This document shows positions 45,472-54,370 of a DNA stretch of 64,000 nucleotides, piece after piece. Both the position numbers and the translations under genes were made by a program. The first letter of the stretch is position 1; each line of letters opens with the position of its first letter. Under the pieces are notes generated by a model. It did not search any database, had not been told where the DNA came from, and worked only from the letters and a program-made list of their open reading frames with translations. This stretch comes from an uncultured bacterium (GTDB taxonomy: Bacteria > Patescibacteriota > Minisyncoccia > Phycocordibacterales > GWA1-40-21): assembly GCA_903831595.1 (NCBI GenBank), contig CAIKXY010000005.1:839-64838 (forward strand). The letters run 5' to 3'.

Positions 45472-45608
45472 CACGAGCATAGCGAGTGGGCACATTGAGC
45501 GAGCCAACTGCTTGGCTCGCGACAGGGAGCGAAAGATCTTTCCGTACCGAACGCAGTGAGGTGGAAAGATACTCGCCACGATAGGTGGAGATCCCGGTCA
45601 ATGGCTCA
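45472..45608 (+). repeat. 114-nt GC-rich structured insert bracketed by a 20-nt direct repeat of the tRNA-Thr(GGU) 3' end
   Basis: GATCCCGGTCAATGGCTCAC at 45455-45474 (inside the tRNA) recurs at 45589-45608. The intervening GC-rich segment contains hairpins GCGAGCCAActgcTTGGCTCGC and the palindrome GGAAAGATCTTTCC. The track ORF 45410..45622(-) is spurious. Confidence 0.4.
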
Positions 45609-45617
45609 CAAGCTTTT

Positions 45618-45690
45618 GCCAAAGTAGCTCAGTTGGTAGAGCGGCGGTATCGTAAACCGCAGGTCGCCAGTTCGATCCTGGCCTTTGGCT
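45618..45690 (+). tRNA. tRNA-Thr (anticodon CGU)
   Basis: GCCAAAG-TA-GCTCAGTTGGTAGAGC-G-GCGGT-ATCGTAA-ACCGC-AGGTC-GCCAGTTCGATCCTGGC-CTTTGGC-T. Confidence 0.85.
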
Positions 45691-45691
45691 C

Positions 45692-46567
45692 ATGAAGGAG
45701 GATATAAATAAAAAAATTCAAGAATTGGAAAAAGAGATGTTGTCTCCAGATTTTTGGTCTGACAAAAATCACGCTCAAACGGTTTTAAAACAAATTGCCA
45801 AATTGAAAGATGAACTTTTTGGGAAAGATAAATACAATAATGGTGACGCAATTATGACAATTTATTCTGGCGCTGGTGGAGATGATGCTGAAGATTTTTC
45901 AAGAATTCTACTTGAAATGTATATAAAATTTTTTGCAAAAAGAAATTGGAGCTCAACAGTTTTGGATGAAGTTGAAAACGACCATGGAGGTTATAGAAAC
46001 ATTACGCTAGAAATTTCTGGGAAAAATGCATATGGAGATTTGAAAGGGGAAGCTGGGGTACATCGTCTGGTAAGACTTTCTCCATTTAATGCAAAAAGTT
46101 TAAGACAAACTTCTTTTTCTATGGTTGAGGTTTCGCCAAAAATTGAAAAGGATTCAAGTATTGAATTATCTGAAAAAGATTTGAAATTTGAAATGTCAAA
46201 AGCCGGTGGTCCTGGTGGGCAAAATGTAAATAAAAGAGAGACAGCCGTAAAAGTAATTCATATTCCAACAGGTATTTCTGTCCGTGCGACGAGTGAAAGA
46301 ACCCAACAAAAAAATAAAGAAAAGGCCATGCAGATTTTAAAGGGTAAACTTTACGCACATTATGAAAAAGAAAATGCCGATAAAGAAAAAGGTTTGTTTA
46401 TAAGCAAGTCAACATCAATTGAATGGGGAAATCAGATTCGTTCTTATGTTTTTCACCCTTATAAAATGATTAAAGACCACAGAACTGATGCTGAGACAAA
46501 TAATATTGATAAAGTTTTAAATGGTGAGCTCGATGAATTTATTGAGGCAGAGAAAAGTTTAAATTAG
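45692..46567 (+). CDS. prfB: Peptide chain release factor 2, compact form without N-terminal extension or programmed frameshift site
   Basis: SPF tripeptide (RLSPFNA), GGQ motif SKAGGPGGQNVNKRETAVKVIHIPTGI; 291 aa. Starts 2 nt after the tRNA-Thr gene. Confidence 0.85.
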   Translation: MKEDINKKIQELEKEMLSPDFWSDKNHAQTVLKQIAKLKDELFGKDKYNNGDAIMTIYSGAGGDDAEDFSRILLEMYIKFFAKRNWSSTVLDEVENDHGGYRNITLEISGKNAYGDLKGEAGVHRLVRLSPFNAKSLRQTSFSMVEVSPKIEKDSSIELSEKDLKFEMSKAGGPGGQNVNKRETAVKVIHIPTGISVRATSERTQQKNKEKAMQILKGKLYAHYEKENADKEKGLFISKSTSIEWGNQIRSYVFHPYKMIKDHRTDAETNNIDKVLNGELDEFIEAEKSLN

Positions 46568-46571
46568 AGAT

Positions 46572-46609
46572 AAAAAGGCGGTTTTGCTTCGCAAAACCGC
46601 CTTTTTATC
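46572..46609 (+). terminator. Intrinsic terminator
   Basis: aaaaaggcggttttgcttcgcaaaaccgcctttttatc. Confidence 0.5.
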
Positions 46610-47326
46610 TTGTCTCTGTATGCCATGAGTGATATAATCTATCCAATGATTGTCTTTGATAAAGTTACAAAAATATATCCTGATGGCACAAAAGCACTTG
46701 AGCAGGCTAGTATAATTATTGAACCAAAGGAGTTTGTATCCATCGTTGGTCATTCTGGGGCAGGAAAAACAACTCTAGTGAAAATGCTTTTAGCAGAAGA
46801 AATACCTACATCAGGCAAGATTTTTTATGAATCAGTCGATGTAAATAAGCTAAAGAAACACGAAATCCACCACTATAGGAGAAAGATTGGCACCGTTTTT
46901 CAGGATTTTAGATTATTACCAAATAAAACCGTTTACGAAAATATTTCTTTTGCAATGGAAATGTCTGGAAGGGAGGAAGAAGAAATTTCTGCCGATGTTC
47001 CACATGTTTTGGAGCTGGTTGATTTAACAAACAAGGCGTACAATTTTCCACACGAGCTTTCAGGTGGAGAAAAACAAAGAGTCGCAATCGCCCGTGCAAT
47101 TGTGAATCAACCAGATATTATTATTGCCGATGAACCAACAGGAAACTTAGATCCTGTAAACACAAATGACATTATACAAATATTAAAAAAGATAAATGAT
47201 CTTGGTACAACCATTATTTTGACAACTCACAATAAGGGGGTTATTGATTCGCTCGGAAGAAGAGTTATAACAATGGAAAAAGGAAAGGTCATCCGTGATG
47301 ATAAGACGGGCAGATATGTTTTATAG
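46610..47326 (+). CDS. ftsE: Cell division ATP-binding protein FtsE
   Basis: Walker A GHSGAGKTT, ABC signature LSGGEKQRVAIARA, Walker B IIIADEPTGNLD; 238 aa. Confidence 0.9.
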   Translation: MSLYAMSDIIYPMIVFDKVTKIYPDGTKALEQASIIIEPKEFVSIVGHSGAGKTTLVKMLLAEEIPTSGKIFYESVDVNKLKKHEIHHYRRKIGTVFQDFRLLPNKTVYENISFAMEMSGREEEEISADVPHVLELVDLTNKAYNFPHELSGGEKQRVAIARAIVNQPDIIIADEPTGNLDPVNTNDIIQILKKINDLGTTIILTTHNKGVIDSLGRRVITMEKGKVIRDDKTGRYVL

Positions 47327-47342
47327 TTGATATAATATAATT

Positions 47343-48275
47343 ATGATTTGGCTTGCAACAAAAAGAATATTTAAATCAGGATTACAAAATTTTATTAGAA
47401 ATGGTTTTGTTTCGCTGTCTTCTATTTTAGTCATGACGGTAACCCTTTTTATACTTACATCAATTATTTTACTAGGAGGGTTTTTAAATTACAGTCTGGA
47501 TCAAGTAAAAAGCAAGGTTGATGTGAATGTTTATTTTATTACAACGGCATCAGAAAATGATATTTTATCCGTTAAAAAATCTTTAGAAGCTTTACCAGAA
47601 GTTTCATCCGTTGAATATATCTCAAGTGACCTTGCATTGGCAAATTTTAAAGATAAACACCAGAATGACAATCTCACATTGCAAGCGCTAGAACAACTTG
47701 GCGCTAATCCACTTGGAGCTACTTTAAACATTAAAGCAAAAGATCCATCACAGTATGCTGGAATTGCAAAATATTTGTCTGACGCAAGTGATGGCACCCT
47801 CTCTCAAAATGGCCCTACTATAATAGATAAAGTAAATTATGCTCAAAATAAAGTCGTTATAGACCGACTGTCAAAAATTATTGATTCAGTAAATGTTTTG
47901 GGTATTTGGTTTGCAATTATTTTTATCCTAATTTCAATCATTGTTACTTTTAACACAATTCGTCTCACTATTTTTATCGCTCGTGACGAAATATCAGTCA
48001 TGCGTCTTGTTGGTGCATCCAGCACCTATGTAAAAGGCCCGTTTATTGTTAGCGGGCTTTTGTGCGGTATTATTTCAGCAATAATTATTTTACTAGGTTT
48101 TGCTCTTCTTACTTTTGCAATTAATCATTATTACGGCGCATATTTTATGGGATTTGATTTGTTTGCATATTATCTAAATCATTTCTTAGCTATATTTAGC
48201 TCAATCTTTGGTGCAGGAATTATTTTTGGTTCTATCGCAAGTTATCTTGCTGTGCAGAAGTATTTGAAAAATTAG
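47343..48275 (+). CDS. ftsX: Cell division permease FtsX
   Basis: Follows ftsE; 4 TM with a large periplasmic loop between TM1 and TM2; 310 aa. Confidence 0.8.
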   Translation: MIWLATKRIFKSGLQNFIRNGFVSLSSILVMTVTLFILTSIILLGGFLNYSLDQVKSKVDVNVYFITTASENDILSVKKSLEALPEVSSVEYISSDLALANFKDKHQNDNLTLQALEQLGANPLGATLNIKAKDPSQYAGIAKYLSDASDGTLSQNGPTIIDKVNYAQNKVVIDRLSKIIDSVNVLGIWFAIIFILISIIVTFNTIRLTIFIARDEISVMRLVGASSTYVKGPFIVSGLLCGIISAIIILLGFALLTFAINHYYGAYFMGFDLFAYYLNHFLAIFSSIFGAGIIFGSIASYLAVQKYLKN

Positions 48276-48362
48276 TTTAAAATATAAATAATAATTTTAA
48301 GTTTCAGTATTTAAATATTTTTAGCTTGAATAATTACTATTTTTCAAGTATTCTTTATTTAT

Positions 48363-48436
48363 TGCGGGATCGTCTAATGGTAGGACATATGCCTCTGGAG
48401 CATGGAATCTTGGTTCGAGCCCAAGTCCCGCAGCCA
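48363..48436 (+). tRNA. tRNA-Gln (anticodon CUG), CCA encoded
   Basis: TGCGGGA-TC-GTCTAATGGTAGGAC-A-TATGC-CTCTGGA-GCATG-GAAT-CTTGGTTCGAGCCCAAG-TCCCGCA-G-CCA. The track ORF 48326..48700 is spurious. Confidence 0.8.
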
Positions 48437-48713
48437 GCTCGAGCGACGCTCAAGTCGCGTCGTCGCAACGTATTTTTAGCTCTGCATAGAGCGATGGGAC
48501 TTGGAATAGAACCGACGACGAAAGTTAGCCGCAAATTTCCGCTCGTTAGACTCCAAGTCTGGCAGCAAAAGGTAGTTATCTCGCTTGAAGTAAGTCACTT
48601 ATTATTACTACTTAATATTGTTAATACAACAGAAAGTGTGCGAAGTAGCCGAACAATTTACTTGTTTTTTCTTTATAAAGAAGTTATTATTTGTTTTTAA
48701 ATTATCCAAATAT

Positions 48714-49148
48714 ATGGACCTAACAATTTCAGTAAAAGATTCTATGCTAAATGTCAGAGTTGTCATACTTGCTCGCACAAAAAATGGCTATTTGTTTTCA
48801 AAACATCCAGAGGGTTATTTATATTTTATTGGTGGAAGAATAAAGATAAATGAAAATTCAGAAGAAGCAGCAAAAAGAGAATTTTTAGAAGAAACAGGCA
48901 TTAATATTAGCAAAGTTAATTTTAAAACCACACTCGAGAATTTTTTTGTTTTTGAGAATAATAAGAAATTTCATGAAATATGTTTTTTTTATGAAGTACT
49001 TGGTGAACTAAAGGTAAATGTTAATAAATTTAATATTGTAGAGTGTCCTATTTCGGAATTTGAAAAAACTGATATTAGGCCAAAAATTATGAAAGATTAT
49101 ATTTTGTCAAACGATAATAAACCTCATATCATCTATAAAGATTACTAA
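48714..49148 (+). CDS. Nudix hydrolase (start re-called to MDLTISVK...)
   Basis: Nudix box GGRIKINENSEEAAKREFLEETGI. Confidence 0.7.
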   Translation: MDLTISVKDSMLNVRVVILARTKNGYLFSKHPEGYLYFIGGRIKINENSEEAAKREFLEETGINISKVNFKTTLENFFVFENNKKFHEICFFYEVLGELKVNVNKFNIVECPISEFEKTDIRPKIMKDYILSNDNKPHIIYKDY

Positions 49149-49165
49149 AAAACACAAAAAGTACT

Positions 49166-49801
49166 ATGAAAAAAATTTATTTTGTCAGACATGGTGAATG
49201 CGAAGGAAATATAGGTCCAATTCGTTCATCAGAAGAGTCGCCACTGACAAAAAATGGACAAAAGCAAGCAAGTATTGTTGCAAAAAGATGTGCAAAACTT
49301 CCAATCGAAGTGATTATTTGTAGTTCAATGGTGCGGACAAGGCAAACCGCGGATATTATTTTGAAGAAGGTTAAAAAACCAATTGAATATTCGGATTTGT
49401 TCGTTGAAAGGCGAAGAGCAAAAGAGGCATATAATATACCAAAAGATGATCCAATAGGTTTAAAAGCGGAAAAAAATTATTTTGCTTACTTTCATGTTCC
49501 CGGCTATCGTTATTCTGATGAAGAAAATTTTGATGATTTAAAAAAGAGAGCAGCAAAAGCATTAAAATTATTGGAAGATAGACCTGAGGAAGAAATTTTA
49601 GTAGTTACGCACGGTTTTTTTATGAGAGTTGTTATGGCGTATGCACTATTTGGTAAAAAGCTCACCGGAGATGAATGTGCGAAATTTGTTCACAAACTTC
49701 ATATGGAAAATACTGGAATTACAGTTTTTGGATATGATAAAAAGCAAAAATTCTCGCCTTGGTGGCTCTGGATTTGGAATGACCATGCGCATTTGGATTA
49801 G
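49166..49801 (+). CDS. Histidine phosphatase superfamily (phosphoglycerate-mutase-like) protein
   Basis: N-terminal RHGE catalytic motif (IYFVRHGECEGN); 211 aa. Confidence 0.75.
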   Translation: MKKIYFVRHGECEGNIGPIRSSEESPLTKNGQKQASIVAKRCAKLPIEVIICSSMVRTRQTADIILKKVKKPIEYSDLFVERRRAKEAYNIPKDDPIGLKAEKNYFAYFHVPGYRYSDEENFDDLKKRAAKALKLLEDRPEEEILVVTHGFFMRVVMAYALFGKKLTGDECAKFVHKLHMENTGITVFGYDKKQKFSPWWLWIWNDHAHLD

Positions 49802-49854
49802 TTTTTGCAAAATCAGAGAATAGTCAAAAAGTTAAAAAATGCTAATATTGTCGT

Positions 49855-50271
49855 ATGAAAAACGACAGGAAAATCATTTTTAATATTAAAGAAAAGAGAG
49901 GGAAGCCTAAAGCTTTTCTCAATAAACTTTTAGTTAAATGGCAGAAAAAACTGCAGATGACTGATTGGAAGCTTGATTTGCAAATAGTTGATTTCAAAAG
50001 AACAGATTATCGTCAAAGTGGAGATTTTGTGGCTAATCTAAAGAAAAAAACCGCATCAATTCTTATTACGTGGAATCCGTTTAGAGGAGACGAAGAATAT
50101 ACACTTGTCCATGAATTGGTTCACGTATTGCTATATGATTATGATAAATCTTGCGAAAATGAGTTAATAAAAAATAAAGTTTCAAAAGCTAAACACGATT
50201 TGTATTTAGAAAAACTCGAAAATTTAGCTCATCATTTAACAAGAATATTATTAGGTCGTTCCGATAGATAA
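49855..50271 (+). CDS. Small hypothetical protein with HExxH motif (possible zinc metallopeptidase fold)
   Basis: LVHELVHVLLYDY; 138 aa. Confidence 0.3.
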   Translation: MKNDRKIIFNIKEKRGKPKAFLNKLLVKWQKKLQMTDWKLDLQIVDFKRTDYRQSGDFVANLKKKTASILITWNPFRGDEEYTLVHELVHVLLYDYDKSCENELIKNKVSKAKHDLYLEKLENLAHHLTRILLGRSDR

Positions 50272-50277
50272 AAAATT

Positions 50278-51234
50278 ATGTCATACCAATATTTATCAAT
50301 AATAGAATCTGAATACAATTTGAAAGGACCACTTGCATCAAAGCTTATTCATGATGGTCCAGATAATTACGTTTACATTGTTACAGATGCAAATAGTAAA
50401 AAATATGCATTACGTGTAAATAAAAGATTAGGGAAAAAAGTCTCATTTGAGCTCGAAGTACTTGTTGCTCTTGCACAAAAAGGTTTAAATGTTACACGAC
50501 CAATAGAAAATAAATCTAAAGAATATTTTGTATTAATTGATAATAGACAGGTAGTTCTTTTTGATTTTATTGATGGTACACAGGTTGAAAAACTTGATAC
50601 TGAACATTTAGAAACAGATGTAATTGAGCGTGGGGCAAGAAAATTTGGAGAGTTTCATACTTTTACAAACAATATGAAAGTTGAAACTGTTCCAAATCGC
50701 AATATTTTTACAGAATATGACCGTTTATTTGCCCTTGATACAGATTCGCTCAAAAAATTTACTGATTATCAAATTTTATTAAAACAAGTAAAAACTTTTT
50801 ATTCTGAGGCTCAATTAAAGATTAAAGAAGGAAAAGAATTGTACGGAGTTATTCATAACGATTACCGAATTCAGAATTTAATTTATACAAAAAATGATTG
50901 TTATATAATTGACCTAGATTGGGCTTGCTACGGGCCAATTTTAAAGGATTTGGGGCTCGCAATTGCTGAGTGGTCTATGTATAAAAAAGATACTGGTCCA
51001 TCAAAATTATCAATCTATAGATTTATCAATGCCTATAATGAAACTGCACCAAAAATTGTAGCTTACGATAAAGAGCTTATTTTTTGGATATGTTTTGCTT
51101 GTTTATCAGATACATGCACCTTTATTGCTGATGTGGTCCAAAATAATTATAAATATGGTGATATTGCGATAAATGATGTGAATCAGTGTTATATGTACAG
51201 AAAGTTTAAATGTTTTTATAAAGAATTAAAATAA
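50278..51234 (+). CDS. Phosphotransferase-family (APH/choline-kinase-like) small-molecule kinase
   Basis: Brenner motif VIHNDYRIQNLIY and IIDLDWACYG (DxD Mg-binding); 318 aa. Confidence 0.6.
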   Translation: MSYQYLSIIESEYNLKGPLASKLIHDGPDNYVYIVTDANSKKYALRVNKRLGKKVSFELEVLVALAQKGLNVTRPIENKSKEYFVLIDNRQVVLFDFIDGTQVEKLDTEHLETDVIERGARKFGEFHTFTNNMKVETVPNRNIFTEYDRLFALDTDSLKKFTDYQILLKQVKTFYSEAQLKIKEGKELYGVIHNDYRIQNLIYTKNDCYIIDLDWACYGPILKDLGLAIAEWSMYKKDTGPSKLSIYRFINAYNETAPKIVAYDKELIFWICFACLSDTCTFIADVVQNNYKYGDIAINDVNQCYMYRKFKCFYKELK

Positions 51235-51238
51235 AGCT

Positions 51239-51919
51239 ATGAAATTATTTTTACATGGTGGAGGTGGTGGAAGAAAAGATTCAGTCGAATTAGACAAGAA
51301 ATTTGTTTCAGTTTTGGATTTATCTAAGCCTATTTTATATATTCCAATTGCTATTGATACTAGTAAATATCCTTATCCAGGTTGTTTATTATGGATTTCT
51401 GATCTGTTTAGCACATTGGGGGTTAGTAAAATAATAATGTGGACGGAGGATGATCTGAAAAACAAAACTGAAAAAGATTTTGAACAATTTGGTGGAGTAT
51501 ATATTGGTGGGGGAAATACTTTTAAATTATTAAAGGAATTAAAAGAATTTGGAACATTTGAAATTATAAAAAAACTAGCACAAAAAGATATTCCGATATG
51601 TGGGGGAAGTGCAGGTGCGATTATTTTATCAAAAACAATTATTCCAGCACTTTCTGCTGATCCAAATGATGTTGGTTTGAAAGATTTTTCGGCATTAAAT
51701 TTACTTCAAGATTATGATGTTTGGTGTCATTATAATCAATCAATGAACAACGATATAAAAACATATATGAAAGAATATGGTTTGAAAAAAATAATCGCAA
51801 TTCCTGAAGACGCTGGTTTATTTATGAGTGAATATGGGATTGAGGCCGTTGGTCCAAATATTATTACTTTGTTTTCAGATAAAGATAAAATATTTAAACC
51901 TGGAGAATATATTTTATAA
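51239..51919 (+). CDS. Peptidase S51 family (dipeptidase E / cyanophycinase-like)
   Basis: VYIGGGNTFKLL and nucleophile context ICGGSAGAIIL; 226 aa. Confidence 0.6.
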   Translation: MKLFLHGGGGGRKDSVELDKKFVSVLDLSKPILYIPIAIDTSKYPYPGCLLWISDLFSTLGVSKIIMWTEDDLKNKTEKDFEQFGGVYIGGGNTFKLLKELKEFGTFEIIKKLAQKDIPICGGSAGAIILSKTIIPALSADPNDVGLKDFSALNLLQDYDVWCHYNQSMNNDIKTYMKEYGLKKIIAIPEDAGLFMSEYGIEAVGPNIITLFSDKDKIFKPGEYIL

Positions 51920-51930
51920 CAATAACAAAA

Positions 51931-53256
51931 ATGATTAAAATTAAGCTTGATAGAAAGGGAAAAAATATTGGTTTTGATATAGATGAAACCTACAGAACCG
52001 CGATTCTTGGGGAAAATGGGATAGGGAAATCAACAATCTTAAAATCAATCGCAGAAAAAACAGCTGTTGAAGACTGGGTGAGCATTCACGTACCAGCAAA
52101 AAATAAAATTTTGTATTTTTCTCAAGTTGAGAAAACAGATTTACCAATTTCAGGGGGCGAACACACAAAAAAAAGAATAGAAGAATTATTTTCAAAAAAA
52201 GCTGATATTTATGTTCTAGATGAGCCAACAAACAACCTTGATAAGAAAAACGTTGAATGGCTGAAAAAATATATTATTACGAACAAAATTAAAATCATAT
52301 TTTCAAGTCACGATATTCAGTTTATTGATGACATTGCTGAAACTATTTTTTATTTAGACTCAAAAAGTGTAGAAAAATCTAAAGAAACTTGTTCTTCATA
52401 TTTGATTACCCGCAAAAAGAAAGTAGAAAGAGCTTTTGTTGAATACGAAATGAACTTGAAGAAACATGATGCACTAGTAAAATCGGCCAAAGCATTAAAA
52501 GAAAAAAGTGACGCTGGTACAAAATGGGTCTGTGAAGACAAGGTCTTACAAGGCTTTAAAAGGGAAATGGCTGGAAAACATGGAAGTTCAGAAGCCAGAA
52601 GAATGAAAGAAAGAGCAGAAAATATTGATGTAAAAGAGCCAGAATTTGATCCAATACCAATAGTTGTATTAGAAAGTAATGGAAAACTAAAAAATATATT
52701 ATTTAGCATTTCTTCAAAAACATTACATGGAGAAAAAGTAAGTTTTTCTGTCCGTGCTGATAGCAAAATAATTTTGACAGGAGAAAATGGTTCTGGAAAA
52801 ACAACTTTTATTAAAAAAGTCATTGCTTACTTAAATAAAAACATTGAAATAAGTAATGAAGATTCTTTTAGCACAAATTGCCAGTTTTCACATTATTATA
52901 TTTCACAAAAATGGTATGAAGAGATTGACGAGAAAACAGCAAAAGAGTATTTGAAAGCATTTGATTTGAGTGAACAGGATATGTACCGCTCTATGTCATA
53001 CAATAATTTAGACGAAAAATATTTGAATAGAAAATTCAAGGATTTATCTATGGGTATCAGAATAAAAATTTTACTTGGGGCGCTTTCTCTAAAAAAATAT
53101 GATTTAATAATTTGGGATGAGCCAACAAACCATCTTGACGTTATGACACAATATATTTTGCACCAAGCTTTTGTTGATTATAATGGCGCTTTGATTATCA
53201 TAACGCATGATAGTAAGCTTTTAAGTGACGAAAGATTTACTAGAATTAAGGTTTAA
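51931..53256 (+). CDS. ABC-F-like protein: two ABC ATPase domains, no transmembrane domain
   Basis: Walker A GENGIGKST and GENGSGKTT; signature-like ISGGEHTK; Walker B YVLDEPTNNLD and IIWDEPTNHLD; 441 aa. Confidence 0.6.
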   Translation: MIKIKLDRKGKNIGFDIDETYRTAILGENGIGKSTILKSIAEKTAVEDWVSIHVPAKNKILYFSQVEKTDLPISGGEHTKKRIEELFSKKADIYVLDEPTNNLDKKNVEWLKKYIITNKIKIIFSSHDIQFIDDIAETIFYLDSKSVEKSKETCSSYLITRKKKVERAFVEYEMNLKKHDALVKSAKALKEKSDAGTKWVCEDKVLQGFKREMAGKHGSSEARRMKERAENIDVKEPEFDPIPIVVLESNGKLKNILFSISSKTLHGEKVSFSVRADSKIILTGENGSGKTTFIKKVIAYLNKNIEISNEDSFSTNCQFSHYYISQKWYEEIDEKTAKEYLKAFDLSEQDMYRSMSYNNLDEKYLNRKFKDLSMGIRIKILLGALSLKKYDLIIWDEPTNHLDVMTQYILHQAFVDYNGALIIITHDSKLLSDERFTRIKV

Positions 53257-53258
53257 AA

Positions 53259-53765
53259 ATGGAAATAAAATCAACTTACACTAGTAGCGATGGTAGAAAA
53301 ATTGACTATATTTATTATGAAGGCGTTGCTGCTACAGAAGATTTAGAAAATAAAAAACTAAATGTGGTCCAGATGTTTTGTTTTTATGGTGACAAAATGG
53401 TTTTAGTTTATGAAAAAAAGGGAAATAGATGGACTCCACCAGGAGGCTCAATTGAAGCAGGGGAAAAATACGAAGAAGCAGTTGTACGTGAAATAAAAGA
53501 AGAAACAAATATGAAGGTTTTATATCAGGAACTTATCGGATTTTGTGATTTTTATGAACCAGCTGGAATTACAAGGACAACTCGTTCGTTTTGTATCGTT
53601 GAACCATATGGCCCATTTGTTTCTGACCCAGATGGAGATATTGCAGAAATAAAATTTATTGACCCAAAGGATTATAAGCAATATTTTGATTGGAAGGAAA
53701 TAGGTGACAGAATTGTAAAAAAAGCAGTTGAGTTGAATAATAAAAATAATTTAATAAATATTTAA
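53259..53765 (+). CDS. Nudix hydrolase
   Basis: PGGSIEAGEKYEEAVVREIKEETNM Nudix box; 168 aa. Confidence 0.7.
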   Translation: MEIKSTYTSSDGRKIDYIYYEGVAATEDLENKKLNVVQMFCFYGDKMVLVYEKKGNRWTPPGGSIEAGEKYEEAVVREIKEETNMKVLYQELIGFCDFYEPAGITRTTRSFCIVEPYGPFVSDPDGDIAEIKFIDPKDYKQYFDWKEIGDRIVKKAVELNNKNNLINI

Positions 53766-53784
53766 ATTATGGTAAAATACAGCA

Positions 53785-54189
53785 ATGGAAACCACAGAGA
53801 AAAAACCAGATAAGAATAATAAGATATTTTATATAGTGATATTCTCACTTATCGTTATTTCTGTCGCAGTGACCTTTGTTAAAATAGTTGTTTTAAAAGA
53901 TTACCAAATAGTCAGCCAAGTTTCTTGTGACCCAAAAATAGAAAAATGTTTTGCAATAAAATGTGACCCAGCTACAGACGATACTTGTTCTTCTGCTTCA
54001 TCTTCCGCTGAGCGAACAACATATTACAAAAATATTAGTAAGAAAGCCGAGACAATTTATCTTTGTGAACAAACTACCGAAAAAATTGGTTGTAATGAAG
54101 AATTAGCTTGCACGACGGGGGAGAAGGATTGCACATATACATATTGCAATCCATCCGCGCTGACAGATGGTGAGAAATGCTCTGAGTAG
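53785..54189 (+). CDS. Small Cys-rich (11 Cys) membrane-anchored/secreted protein
   Basis: N-terminal TM then a Cys-rich ectodomain (SCDPKIEKCFAIKCDP...CNEELACTTGEKDCTYTYCNP...); 134 aa. Confidence 0.35.
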   Translation: METTEKKPDKNNKIFYIVIFSLIVISVAVTFVKIVVLKDYQIVSQVSCDPKIEKCFAIKCDPATDDTCSSASSSAERTTYYKNISKKAETIYLCEQTTEKIGCNEELACTTGEKDCTYTYCNPSALTDGEKCSE

Positions 54190-54370
54190 ACAAATAATAT
54201 AAACGTGATAATATATAAATATGTTTAATAAAACAATAAAACTTAACAGCTCACATACTAGCCTCTTGTAGAAAGGGGTGCATTTGATTTTTCTTTAGTT
54301 TCAATATCAAAGACCCCATCTGCAAGGGGCTTTTTTTATTGTAAAAATTACTAAATTAAAATTAAATCAA

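Noticed and set aside
45410-45622. Track ORF (70 aa, -) across the tRNA-Thr region
   Set aside because: Overlaps two well-folded tRNA genes and the GC-rich insert; its composition reflects tRNA sequence, not coding.
48326-48700. Track ORF (124 aa, +) spanning tRNA-Gln and the downstream GC-rich hairpin region
   Set aside because: Contains the complete tRNA-Gln. Its high Arg/Leu/Val content comes from GC-rich structured RNA-like sequence. The downstream Nudix gene has its own start at ~48714.
54230-54360. T-box or other known riboswitch upstream of hisG / hisS / cysS
   Set aside because: I looked for T-box (AGGGUGGNACCGCG), TPP, SAM, FMN, glycine, c-di-GMP and fluoride riboswitch cores upstream of hisG, hisS, cysS and elsewhere. 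No convincing match; only a generic terminator-like hairpin is reported.
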